Virus record (IMG/VR): IMGVR_UViG_3300036778_000017 | Coordinates: 9,981 to 73,980 of that record | DNA length: 64,000 nucleotides | From: a virus | Taxonomy: Duplodnaviria; Caudoviricetes | Direction: 5' to 3' (one strand) | Part shown: one piece after another, positions 37,262-46,629 of the stretch | How the letters are laid out: each line of letters begins with the position of its first letter | Numbering within the stretch: position 1 is the first letter of the stretch | Notes under the pieces: model-generated | Seen by the model: only the letters and a program-made list of their open reading frames with translations | Database searches by the model: none | Told to the model about the DNA's origin: nothing | Made by a program: the position numbers and the translations under genes

Positions 37262-37655
37262 GTGTCCAAAGCGAGGGCCGCAGCGCCCTTGTGGTCAAGC
37301 ACTGCGGCCCCGGCCCGGGTGCTCACCAGCCGCCCTTGTCGTGCGCGCACTGCGAAGGACAGTGCCCAAGTTGGCGGGGTAGCAGGCTGAAGGGTGCCAC
37401 GGCCCGCGTTCCACTACAAGCCGCCCTGTTCATAACTTTCCGGGGGCCGTGGCCCTATCGCGCGCCTCCGCCAGCTAGATGCGCCGGCGAACTTGAACGT
37501 TCACGCAGATCATGCGGACACCCCGATAACGAGCAGGATGACCTCACGTGTGCGCTTACGCACGCATCTAGCTGGCAGAGGCGCGCTATGCGAGGCTTGC
37601 AACGGAACCGGGGCCGTGGCATCCTTCTTGCCCAACCCCCGCCTGAAGGATCCCA

Positions 37656-39188
37656 GTGCAGTACGTCTCCAAGACCAAGCCCATGAAGCACCAGACGGCC
37701 GCAGCGCTCGCAGCGTTTCACGCGCCAGCTAGGCCGAGCCGTGACGACAATTTCGCGTATCTCATGGACATGGGCACGGGAAAGTCGAAGGTCGTGCTGG
37801 ACGAGTGGGGAGCGGGGGCCGTGAACAGTGAACTGCCGAACCTTCTAGTGGTCGCGCCAGCTGGCTCGTATCGCAACTGGTTTCAGGGCAAGAACGAGAT
37901 ACAGAAGTCGGAGCTAGACATGCATCTGCCAGACGAGCTCCGCGAGCGCATGCTCGTGAACCACTGGCGGAGCGGCTCGCCTCGCGAGCATCGCGAGAGC
38001 CTAGCGGAGTTCCTGCGAACCAAGGACCGACCCCGCGCGCTGTTCGTCAACGTCGAGGCACTGTCCAGCGTCGAGAAGGCGCAGGAGCTCGTGGAGGAAT
38101 ATCTCGAGGGCGGCAGAACCTACATGGCGGTCGACGAGAGCACGACCATAAAGAGCCCGGACAGTCTGCGCGGGCGGTACATCACGAACGTCGGGCAGCG
38201 CGCCAGCTGCCGTCGCATCCTGACAGGTCTGCTGACGCCACGCTCCCCGCTGGACGCGTGGGGTCAGTTCAATTTCCTGGACTGGCGCATCCTCGGCTCG
38301 CCGAGCTACTTCGGGTTCAAGCGTCGCTTCGCGATCACGAAGAAGATGCTGGTGGACGCGGACTACGACGACAATCGCGAGCCGATCGAGGGAACCGGCC
38401 GGAAGATAGAGGTCGTTGTCGGCTATCGCAATCTCGAGGAGCTCCACGAGCGGATCTCGAGGTACAGCTACCGGGTACTGAAGGAGGATTGTCTCGATCT
38501 CGCGCCGAAGATATTCCTGACGAGAGAGGTCGAGCACACCAAGGAGCAGGCGCGGATGTACGCGGAGCTCCGGGCCAATGCGACGACGGCCATCATGCGT
38601 GGCGAGCTAGAGGAGAGCTACGTCTCCGTCGACATGATGCTCCAGATGATGATCCGGCTGCACCAGATCAATCTGGGATACGCGGTGAATGATGATGGCG
38701 ACATACGCGACCTGCCAGAGAATCGCACCGACCAGATCATCGAGATCCTGGACGAGCACGACGGCAAGACTGTGATATGGTCACCGTTCATTCATCGGAT
38801 AGAGGTACTGGCTGAGAAGTTGAGGAAGGAGTATGGCCCCAAGTCCGTTGCAATGTTCTACGGACAGAACAGGAGCACGCGCCACTTGGACGAGGCGCGG
38901 TTCATCGACGACCCCGAGTGCAAGATAATGATTGCCTCGCAGGCGGCCGGAGGTCGTGGAAACACTTGGGTCTGTGCGAACCTGAATATCTATGACAGCA
39001 ATAACTATGACCTAGAGCAGCGTCAGCAGAGCGAGGATCGAACCCACCGAAAGGGGCAGCTGCGAAAGGTGACATACGTGGACCTGATGACGCCGGACAC
39101 CGTGGACTATCGGTTCGTGCACGCGCTCCGGAACAAGTACGACATGGCGACGCAGATCACTGGAGAGCGCATGCGTGCGTGGATATAG
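37656..39188 (+). CDS. SNF2-family helicase
   Basis: YLMDMGTGKSKV, AVDESTTIK, ILTGLLTP, QSEDRTHRKGQ. Confidence 0.92.
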   Translation: MQYVSKTKPMKHQTAAALAAFHAPARPSRDDNFAYLMDMGTGKSKVVLDEWGAGAVNSELPNLLVVAPAGSYRNWFQGKNEIQKSELDMHLPDELRERMLVNHWRSGSPREHRESLAEFLRTKDRPRALFVNVEALSSVEKAQELVEEYLEGGRTYMAVDESTTIKSPDSLRGRYITNVGQRASCRRILTGLLTPRSPLDAWGQFNFLDWRILGSPSYFGFKRRFAITKKMLVDADYDDNREPIEGTGRKIEVVVGYRNLEELHERISRYSYRVLKEDCLDLAPKIFLTREVEHTKEQARMYAELRANATTAIMRGELEESYVSVDMMLQMMIRLHQINLGYAVNDDGDIRDLPENRTDQIIEILDEHDGKTVIWSPFIHRIEVLAEKLRKEYGPKSVAMFYGQNRSTRHLDEARFIDDPECKIMIASQAAGGRGNTWVCANLNIYDSNNYDLEQRQQSEDRTHRKGQLRKVTYVDLMTPDTVDYRFVHALRNKYDMATQITGERMRAWI

Positions 39189-39458
39189 CGGTGCAACCTG
39201 TAGTGCCCCGCCCGGGTGCCACTGGTATTTAGGTGTTCCCCGCCAGCATGCCCTAGAACGCCATTAGCGGACCGCTGGATGGCCCTGCCCAGTTTTGGCT
39301 ACCACCCTAGCGCCCCGGGGGCCGCCAGCGCACCAGCGCCCGGCCGCCCGGGGCTGGCGGGGCGCGCAAACCCGGGCCGGGCAGCTGCCCGGGCAGGGCA
39401 GGGGCCGCCCGCGCCCGGGCCGCAGGCGCGGCCACTGGAGGCCGCGACAGCGCCGCGC

Positions 39459-39875
39459 CTAGCTGTCCGCTCCGATGTTGAACGTGACGGAGCCACTGAG
39501 AAACTTCACGCTCGATCCGATGGCGACAGTGATCGGACCGCCCGCCACTGCTCGAGACGCGTACATGTGACCGGCCGAGGCGTCGTCGAACAGCGCGAAG
39601 TGAGAGATGTTGACCGGCCCCGTCTCCGACAGACCCCAGTCAACGTCGATGTTGGACGTCAGCAGATGCAGCGCTCCGGACGCCAGTGCAGCGAACGTGA
39701 TGGACTGCCGCTTGCCCGCGCTCTTGACGGAGGCCCCGACCTCGGTGCCCGTGGTCTTCGGGTTGCCGTTGAACAGCCCGAGAAAGAGTGTCGTCGGCCG
39801 TGACGGCATGTCGGCCTGATTGTTCAGCCAGCGAAGCGTGATATTGCCGAAGTATGGAGTGAGATCAGAAGCCAT
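39459..39875 (-). CDS. phage tail fibre-associated small structural protein
   Basis: LFLGLFNGNP..ISHFALFDDASAG family pattern; last gene of the late operon. Confidence 0.65.
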   Translation of the reverse strand: MASDLTPYFGNITLRWLNNQADMPSRPTTLFLGLFNGNPKTTGTEVGASVKSAGKRQSITFAALASGALHLLTSNIDVDWGLSETGPVNISHFALFDDASAGHMYASRAVAGGPITVAIGSSVKFLSGSVTFNIGADS

Positions 39876-39884
39876 GGTGCGCCC

Positions 39885-40379
39885 TCAGTAGTAGTGGAAG
39901 ATAACTGGAATGCTGGTGAACGCTGCGGCAAAGATGCTCGCGTAGATCCACACGCGACCCTTCCAGTCCGGCGGCGTGAAGATGTAGATGCCCCGGAGAA
40001 GTCCGAGACAGAAGATTGTGCCTGCGACGAGATAACTGATGGTGTCGAACATGGTCGTCGCCGCGAACATGCCGACACCGGCCGTTGTCTGTGCCAGAGT
40101 ATCGTCAATGTGGATGACATGCACGTGCAGACCATAGACGTATGTCTTCCACACGCTGAACGTCCGGTACGCCTCGGCACCGAACACCCAGAAGAGAACG
40201 CACGCAGTTGGAACACCGGGCAGTCCAGCCCAGCGCTGATAGTTGGCAGGACCAGACGTGGCCCAAGTGTCCCACAGAAACACCGAGATCATGATCGTCA
40301 GGGTGAACAGCAGAATGAAAGCCACACCATTGATACACTCACGCATGAACGCTTGATGATTGACAATGAAGTCGATCAC
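39885..40379 (-). CDS. multi-pass membrane protein
   Basis: about 4 hydrophobic segments. Confidence 0.7.
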   Translation of the reverse strand: MIDFIVNHQAFMRECINGVAFILLFTLTIMISVFLWDTWATSGPANYQRWAGLPGVPTACVLFWVFGAEAYRTFSVWKTYVYGLHVHVIHIDDTLAQTTAGVGMFAATTMFDTISYLVAGTIFCLGLLRGIYIFTPPDWKGRVWIYASIFAAAFTSIPVIFHYY

Positions 40380-40627
40380 TTCAGTTCCTCTCGACGAATG
40401 GCCATCCGCTCAAAATCAGCGAATGAGTTTGTCCTGGACTTGGCTATCTGGATGGACCGCCGCAGGGCCTCGTTGCCACGCGACCGTCTTGCAATTGATC
40501 TTTGTACTCTCTCGACAATCTTGCCCACGTCGTGGGCCATGTCGTCTGTCTCTGCATTGAGGTATTCATCGCGGGTGGCATGTGTGACGCGAAACATCGC
40601 GAGGAACCTTTCCAATTGCCTGATCAT
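40376..40627 (-). CDS. hypothetical protein
   Basis: ATGA overlaps. Confidence 0.6.
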   Translation of the reverse strand: MIRQLERFLAMFRVTHATRDEYLNAETDDMAHDVGKIVERVQRSIARRSRGNEALRRSIQIAKSRTNSFADFERMAIRREELK

Positions 40628-41202
40628 ATCTTGCGCCTTCTACTGACGGTTGTTACCTGCCCCAGCAAGTTGCGCATTTCAACGACCTGAGCCTGTCCCG
40701 CCCCACGAATGGCATCTGCCATCTTGTTGGACATGTCGTCTATGGACTTTCTCACGTCGCTCACGTACTGCAGTGAGAGAGTTCTGTTCTCCATCACGGC
40801 AGCGTTCAAGGCACGGATAGCATCAGCCATGCTCTCCACCGCCTTCGCACTGGCGGCATTGTGATCCTTGATGTTATCATACTGCGCAAGGATCGATACC
40901 TTGAGTAACTCGAACGCCTGCGCCTGCTTCTCGAGCAGACGCGCCTGTTCCTCCGTCAGTTCGTTTCTCTCGTCAGTGACTTTCAGCATGTCGGTGAGAA
41001 CCTTGCCGGTGTCACTGAGCGTCTTGTTCAAGGTGTCCCGCTCCTGCAGTCGGTATCCATAGATCTTGTCTGCGCGGGCCTGCATCTGTCTGATGTAGGC
41101 TATGGACGCGGCCTGCGTCCCGCATAGAACGAAGATTATGGCTCCCGGCAAGCCGAGACCCTCCAGTATGTGGACGATCCACTCAGGGATCATTGGTATC
41201 AC
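40624..41202 (-). CDS. membrane-anchored coiled-coil protein (lysis cassette; holin/antiholin-like?)
   Basis: N-terminal TM GLPGAIIFVLCG followed by a coiled coil. Confidence 0.55.
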   Translation of the reverse strand: MIPMIPEWIVHILEGLGLPGAIIFVLCGTQAASIAYIRQMQARADKIYGYRLQERDTLNKTLSDTGKVLTDMLKVTDERNELTEEQARLLEKQAQAFELLKVSILAQYDNIKDHNAASAKAVESMADAIRALNAAVMENRTLSLQYVSDVRKSIDDMSNKMADAIRGAGQAQVVEMRNLLGQVTTVSRRRKI

Positions 41203-41456
41203 CTCTTGGGCGTGAAGCCCGAACAGTGCAGTGATTGACCATACTGATTGTGAGCAAGGATCTCACGAGCAGTGATGTCTGTGAACTGATCATCCTTCGA
41301 CACCCTGATGGCTGACCATCCGGTGCAGACGCCTCCACCACAGCCCGCGAGACTAGTCGCGACGCCACTTATCAAGATCAGTCTTAACAGTCTTCGGGTC
41401 CATCTTCGCGACATTGTCGTCAACCTCCTTTCGCTTCTTGAGCGCGTCTGCGTCAC
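41199..41456 (-). CDS. o-spanin-like lipoprotein
   Basis: lipobox LAGC; overlaps the 3' end of the upstream i-spanin-like gene. Confidence 0.65.
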   Translation of the reverse strand: MTQTRSRSERRLTTMSRRWTRRLLRLILISGVATSLAGCGGGVCTGWSAIRVSKDDQFTDITAREILAHNQYGQSLHCSGFTPKR

Positions 41457-41685
41457 GCTGCCTCTCGCGCTCCTCCTCGTCGTGACTGCCCTTGTATCTT
41501 CCTCCCACGTATGCGAGGAATATCGCAGCGATGCCGCCGAGCAGCCACTTGAGCCAGCCCGGCAGAATGTTCCACAGCGGTATCAGCACTGGCGAGAAGA
41601 AGTAGAACAGCGCGCCAGCGCCGAGCACCGCAACGACAACGTATACCCAGACGGGTATGTGGTCGACGATGAAGTTCCAGATCAT
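41353..41685 (-). CDS. i-spanin-like membrane protein
   Basis: TM helices followed by a charged helical tail, right after the endolysin. Confidence 0.55.
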   Translation of the reverse strand: MIWNFIVDHIPVWVYVVVAVLGAGALFYFFSPVLIPLWNILPGWLKWLLGGIAAIFLAYVGGRYKGSHDEEERERQRDADALKKRKEVDDNVAKMDPKTVKTDLDKWRRD

Positions 41686-42683
41686 GCTGCCTTCTTAACC
41701 TCCGTATCCCCCGCCGTGCGTCCGCTCTGCGTCACGGTTCCCGGAGCGATGTTGCCGGTCGCCGATCCCTGAGCGGTCGGGTCGACGTAGTGCGCCTTCA
41801 CCTCGTCCGGAACGATGTCGTTCTGGTTCGCGCCCTGAACGGGGGCTAGGTTGAGGGCGTCGGTGAGTTCGGCGTTCTTCTTGCGAGCGTACCACGACCA
41901 GAGCAGTCCGCCGCCCGTGAGCAGTGCGCCCGCGACCACGATGCCGATCAGGACCTGATCGACGAGGTGCGAGTTGCCCTGAAGCGGCTGAAGTGTGGAC
42001 TGGATGGTCGTCAGCGTCGTCGTGACGGCACCGCCCGCCGAGGTCGCGTCCGCTGGAGCAGTCGAGACAAGTGGCTTCGCGTCCACAAGCGTCGCCTTCT
42101 TGTTCATGTTCGGAGACCAGACGACCTCCGGACCCACGGAGCCCGATGCCCAAGCCTGACCGATCTTCTTCAGCTGGTTGACGCGGCTCGTCCAGCCATT
42201 GCCGAAGTGGTAGAACGTCTTCAGGCCCTGAAGGAACGCCATGCGCCGCGCGAGAATGTTGGCGACCAGAGCATCATCGTCGTTGTAGTTGTAGATGGCC
42301 TGCATCGTGACGTCGCCCAGCACGCCGTCCGGGTTTAGACCAAGAGCGCGCTGTACCCACTTGATGGACTGGCCAGGACCAGAGTTGATGGCACCGTCGG
42401 CAACGACGACGTCGATGCCGGGAGGGAGCTCGTCGAACCTGATCTTCTGACCGTAGTTCTGCCAGTAGATCGCGTCGCGCTCCGCGTCCGTCATCGTGAA
42501 GACGTCGCGGTTTGGCTTGCCGTTCTTCTTGAGCCAAGCCGAGAACTCACGCTGGATCACACCCTGATTGGTGCGACCGCCCGGATCGATTGGGTCGTCG
42601 TCCTTGCCACCCTCGAACCTCAACTCGATCTTCATCGCGTCAGCCCAAGAGTGCTGCTTTCCGTGGCTATCCACTTGTGTCAT
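41682..42683 (-). CDS. endolysin, glycoside hydrolase family 108 + peptidoglycan-binding domain + C-terminal TM
   Basis: FEGGKDDDPIDPGGRTNQGV; DGAINSGP; FGNGWTSRV. Confidence 0.9.
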   Translation of the reverse strand: MTQVDSHGKQHSWADAMKIELRFEGGKDDDPIDPGGRTNQGVIQREFSAWLKKNGKPNRDVFTMTDAERDAIYWQNYGQKIRFDELPPGIDVVVADGAINSGPGQSIKWVQRALGLNPDGVLGDVTMQAIYNYNDDDALVANILARRMAFLQGLKTFYHFGNGWTSRVNQLKKIGQAWASGSVGPEVVWSPNMNKKATLVDAKPLVSTAPADATSAGGAVTTTLTTIQSTLQPLQGNSHLVDQVLIGIVVAGALLTGGGLLWSWYARKKNAELTDALNLAPVQGANQNDIVPDEVKAHYVDPTAQGSATGNIAPGTVTQSGRTAGDTEVKKAA

Positions 42684-45496
42684 GTCTTTCGTCCTGTGCT
42701 GATGACCATCTGCTGAGGGATGATCAGTGGTGAGAAGCTGCCGAAGCCGTCCAGCGCGTCGCTGTCGCCATCGCTGAAATCTGCGGACAATGTGAAGTTG
42801 GCCGTCACCGCTAGTGTGCCGGACATCGCGTCGTCGTCACTGTCGCTGAAGTGTATCTGGTTCGGACTGCCCGCCACGACAGTGGGCGAGCCAGACATCG
42901 TGTCGTCGAAGTTGTCCGAAAAGCCGCCGGACAAGGACACGCCGACATCCTGCGAGTCCAGGACGTTGAACATGATCTGATACAGATTGATGGCACCGAA
43001 CGCCGGACCACTCTCGAGCACCATGCGCCAGTGCTGTATGCCGTCACCGATCGCCGGATCCCCGACCAGCCCGAAGCCGTCCGTGGTCGGAGCGACCATG
43101 TACGTGCAGGCTTCTCGGAAGTGCCACGAGGGACCGACCTGAGCGTAGGTCGAACCGTCAGTGGAGATCTCCCAGTGCCACTTCCCGAAGACCGTTGGGT
43201 TGCCGCCAGAGTCGAAGGCCTCCTGCGCGTTGGAGTCGACCTGGAACAGAACGTGATTGATCACGACCTTTCGTGGGAACGTGAACTCGATGTAGGCACC
43301 GACTGTGGACATCGGCGTCCCGGCATTCAGTCCTGTCCCGATCTGAGACACGGTGTACGTGTGACCACCGGAGTCTATCGTCAGGTTGTCTCCGTCGAAC
43401 AGCGCGTCCGCAGGATCGAAGTACGGAGCGCTCGGTCCGCGGAACACCCAGCCCGGCCCGAGTGAGAAGCCAACCTGCTTCTCTGGTCGTCCATTAGTCG
43501 ATCGTCTGTCACCACCATCGAGCACTGAGTGAGCAACCTTGACGCGAAGCTCTGAGCCGAACTTGGACTCACCACTGAACGTAGAGGCACCGACCCACAC
43601 GAACTCATAGTGCGGCCACAATATTGGATTTCGCGGAGTGATCTGATACTCCGTGAAATTCATGCCGTGATACTGCGGGTCTGTGAGAACAGACGTCTCT
43701 GTCTCTGCAGGCGAGAAGGCGTCGAACTCTATCGCATACGAGTCATTGCTGATCTCGCCGACGCCCACACCACCGACAAACTTGAAGCGACTGGTGTCCT
43801 GCAGATCGAGTGTCTCCGGACCAACGAGCGCCAGACCACGAACCTCGATGCCCCACACTCCGGTATCAAACCAGTGTGCCCAGTTTGCAGGTTGAGATCC
43901 ACCGCCGAACGTGAAGCCGTTGCCTCCGGAGTACGCTGCGTCGTACAGTTGAGAGACAGGAGTGCTGCCAGCCTTCCCGTATATGCCAACGGTCATGAGA
44001 CCATTGGCCACGCGATCTCCCTGTGACCAGATGCTGTCCCAGTCCGCCTCGAGATATCGCTTCGCCGGCGATATGTTGGCGGCGATCTCGAAGATCTGGT
44101 GTCCGTCGACCACCGATATGGGGCCACCCTCGCCGGCGATCAACGACACAGTTGCCGTGAGCGTCTGCCCGGGTACGCTCGTCAGGAACTGGCCAGAGAT
44201 GATGGACGCAGTCACTGTCACCGTGTCGCCAGACACTGAGACGCCGCCAGTAGGCGGACCCGTGTCGCCGGGACCGGCAAACGCGAACGCCAGAAGACCC
44301 CAGTCTGCAACGGAGCTACCGAACGTCAGGGTCTGCGAGGTGCTGGCGCTCGACGGATCCGGGTACTGTCTGGCGAAGCCAAGCTGAGACTTCTTCGTGT
44401 TCGTGAAGGACGGACCAGCCATGTAGAGAAGGGAACCGTTCGCAACGCCAACCGATCCCGTGTTCCCAGTGGACGAGTTACCAGACAGGACGTAGGTCTG
44501 ACCAGCACCGTCAGTCGTCATGGAGACGGTGGGAGCACTCGTGGTGCCGCCAGTCACTGATGCAGACTGAACTCCCGCCTGATCGAACGGATTGTCCGGG
44601 TCCTGCAGATTGCGCATCGTGAACGCGACCATGACGCCCGCGTCATTGTTCGGACTCCAAGCGACGGTAATTCTACCGTCCTTGATCTGCGTCGTGATCT
44701 TCTTGTACCAGACCTCCAGGGTCTGGGTCGTCGACGATCCAGTCCACTTCTCAAACGCATATTGAGCTAGGGTGTTCGAGCCCGTCCCCGTGACACTAGT
44801 CGCTCCGAACGCCGTCAGGCTGTTGGACACCGCGTGCAGAACAACGACCAGAACGTCGTTGACATCAGCAGAGAAGAACCCACGATTGGTGCTGCTCGCA
44901 CCATTGAAGAGGAAGTCCTGCATGAAACCAATGTTCATGCAGGAGTTGCCGGAGTCCGCAGTGTTCCAGTCGGAGAAGCCCGAGGGCGCAGTCTGCGCCC
45001 AGCTGCCGGAGTCCGAGACGATATCGACCGTGCACGCATTCTGCAGGAACGCGTGAGGGTCTAGAGCAGGACGCTCCGGGATAGCGATGCCACCAGTCCC
45101 AGTCGCTGGGTTGGCCGTGCCAGATCCGTTCCAGTTTCCATTGTCGATCCTGACCCACAGCAGATTGTTGTCGAGATCAACAGCGAAGCAGACCGTGTGA
45201 CCAGCGACAGTTCCGAGACTCATGCCACTACCGGAGCCCCACGTCGACAAGTACGTGCCGCTGCTCTGGAACCGTATCGCGAAGAACGTGTTGTCGTCCG
45301 ACACCATCGCCGAGCAGCCGAAGCCGACAGTGAAGGTCGTGCCGCTCAGGTTCTGAAATTCGATATAGCGCTTGCCCTTGTCGCGGGGCGAGTTCGCGCG
45401 GATCTGGTTGTTGCCGGACGAGGTGGTGGCGGTCTTGTTGCTGTTGGATAGCGTGATGCCAGCAGACTTGTGAAACGTAGACCAAGAGATCGTCAT
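42680..45496 (-). CDS. tail tip/receptor-binding protein with N-terminal SPRY/ConA-like domain
   Basis: GKRYIEF..VCFAVDLDNNLLWVRIDNGNW; Gly/Ser/Thr-rich beta-strand character. Confidence 0.7.
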   Translation of the reverse strand: MTISWSTFHKSAGITLSNSNKTATTSSGNNQIRANSPRDKGKRYIEFQNLSGTTFTVGFGCSAMVSDDNTFFAIRFQSSGTYLSTWGSGSGMSLGTVAGHTVCFAVDLDNNLLWVRIDNGNWNGSGTANPATGTGGIAIPERPALDPHAFLQNACTVDIVSDSGSWAQTAPSGFSDWNTADSGNSCMNIGFMQDFLFNGASSTNRGFFSADVNDVLVVVLHAVSNSLTAFGATSVTGTGSNTLAQYAFEKWTGSSTTQTLEVWYKKITTQIKDGRITVAWSPNNDAGVMVAFTMRNLQDPDNPFDQAGVQSASVTGGTTSAPTVSMTTDGAGQTYVLSGNSSTGNTGSVGVANGSLLYMAGPSFTNTKKSQLGFARQYPDPSSASTSQTLTFGSSVADWGLLAFAFAGPGDTGPPTGGVSVSGDTVTVTASIISGQFLTSVPGQTLTATVSLIAGEGGPISVVDGHQIFEIAANISPAKRYLEADWDSIWSQGDRVANGLMTVGIYGKAGSTPVSQLYDAAYSGGNGFTFGGGSQPANWAHWFDTGVWGIEVRGLALVGPETLDLQDTSRFKFVGGVGVGEISNDSYAIEFDAFSPAETETSVLTDPQYHGMNFTEYQITPRNPILWPHYEFVWVGASTFSGESKFGSELRVKVAHSVLDGGDRRSTNGRPEKQVGFSLGPGWVFRGPSAPYFDPADALFDGDNLTIDSGGHTYTVSQIGTGLNAGTPMSTVGAYIEFTFPRKVVINHVLFQVDSNAQEAFDSGGNPTVFGKWHWEISTDGSTYAQVGPSWHFREACTYMVAPTTDGFGLVGDPAIGDGIQHWRMVLESGPAFGAINLYQIMFNVLDSQDVGVSLSGGFSDNFDDTMSGSPTVVAGSPNQIHFSDSDDDAMSGTLAVTANFTLSADFSDGDSDALDGFGSFSPLIIPQQMVISTGRKT

Positions 45497-46629
45497 GTCC
45501 AGCTGAACCTTACTCTGCCGCTCGCACCAGCACCGTTGCCCGAACCGCTCGTGTCTGTCACGCCCGCTCCCACCGAGAAGGCGACAGGATCACCATTCGC
45601 GGGACCATCCACACCCTTCGTCAGCACGTGCTTCACGTAAGCACCGCCTCCGCCTCCGGGCTGCTTCGCCTGAGACGGAGAACCCGATATGTGCTGCGTC
45701 TGAAACGCCGAGCCAGATCCACCGCCGCCCGGAGCAGCGCCGGAGATCCCTGAGTTGAAGTACCCGCCAACGATCGACGGGCTGGAGACTGCTGATCCAC
45801 CCGCGCCTCCGTGAGGAGACGAGCCGCCAGCGCCGGTCACGCCGCTGGCATCAGTCGTGGGAGACGGCGTGCCACCAGCCTGACCGTTCGTGTTCTCTGT
45901 GTTGCCGCCAGACGCGACACCGCCCGCACCGCCAGCGCCAGAGTTGAACACGTTCGACGTGGACTTCTTTCCTCCGCCAGCCGTAAGGCTGTACGTGGTG
46001 CACGTCGTGTCGTGACCGTCAGCGCCCAGCGACGTCAGACCACCAGTGGCACCAGATCCCCAGAGCTCGATGATGAACTTGTCAGTGTACGACCCGTCAC
46101 TTGGAGCATTGAACGTTCCAGCGTGCGAGTTGAACTGCTGGAAATTCGGACCACTGTCGTCCAGAGTGCCCGGATCCGTGCCGCCCGGAGGACCATCCTC
46201 TGGTCTGCTGGATCGTTGTAACAACCGATAGTATCGCTTGTTGATGCCCGTGGCCGTCAGGTCTGTCAGGAGAACATGGTTCGACACCATCTCCTCCTGC
46301 GTGTACTGCCCGAACAGGATGTCCCCCGCTTGCAGCGTGTCGGCAGGAGATGTCGCTGGGTTGTCTGATCCAATCAGCACGGCGGCCCCGATCGTCAGCG
46401 CAGTCTCGACCTCGATGATGAACGCGTTCATGTGAACGGGGGTGCCGAAGTCTAGCTCGAGCGCCGCGAATGAGTGCCCGACGTTGAGCGCACCACCGGC
46501 CACGAACGGATCAGGATACGTGCGAAGGTCGGTCGCGAGCGGAGCCCAGCCCGTGACCTCGTCGCCGTCGACCATGTTGGCGACAACGCCTGTCTTCGTA
46601 GAGAAGCCGAACTGCTTGACGATTGGCAT
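45493..46629 (-). CDS. tail protein with glycine-rich domain
   Basis: IELWGSGATGG..GGGGGAY..GASGRVRFSW. Confidence 0.7.
   Translation of the reverse strand: MPIVKQFGFSTKTGVVANMVDGDEVTGWAPLATDLRTYPDPFVAGGALNVGHSFAALELDFGTPVHMNAFIIEVETALTIGAAVLIGSDNPATSPADTLQAGDILFGQYTQEEMVSNHVLLTDLTATGINKRYYRLLQRSSRPEDGPPGGTDPGTLDDSGPNFQQFNSHAGTFNAPSDGSYTDKFIIELWGSGATGGLTSLGADGHDTTCTTYSLTAGGGKKSTSNVFNSGAGGAGGVASGGNTENTNGQAGGTPSPTTDASGVTGAGGSSPHGGAGGSAVSSPSIVGGYFNSGISGAAPGGGGSGSAFQTQHISGSPSQAKQPGGGGGAYVKHVLTKGVDGPANGDPVAFSVGAGVTDTSGSGNGAGASGRVRFSWT

Noticed and set aside
37538-37732. Small + ORF with CEACNGTG (DnaJ-like zinc motif)
   Set aside because: Only a single motif, and it overlaps the SNF2 start by 77 nt; possible but not supportable without homologues.
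42680-46629. Diversity-generating retroelement or invertible tail-fibre cassette
   Set aside because: No reverse transcriptase, no template/variable repeat pair, and no invertase.
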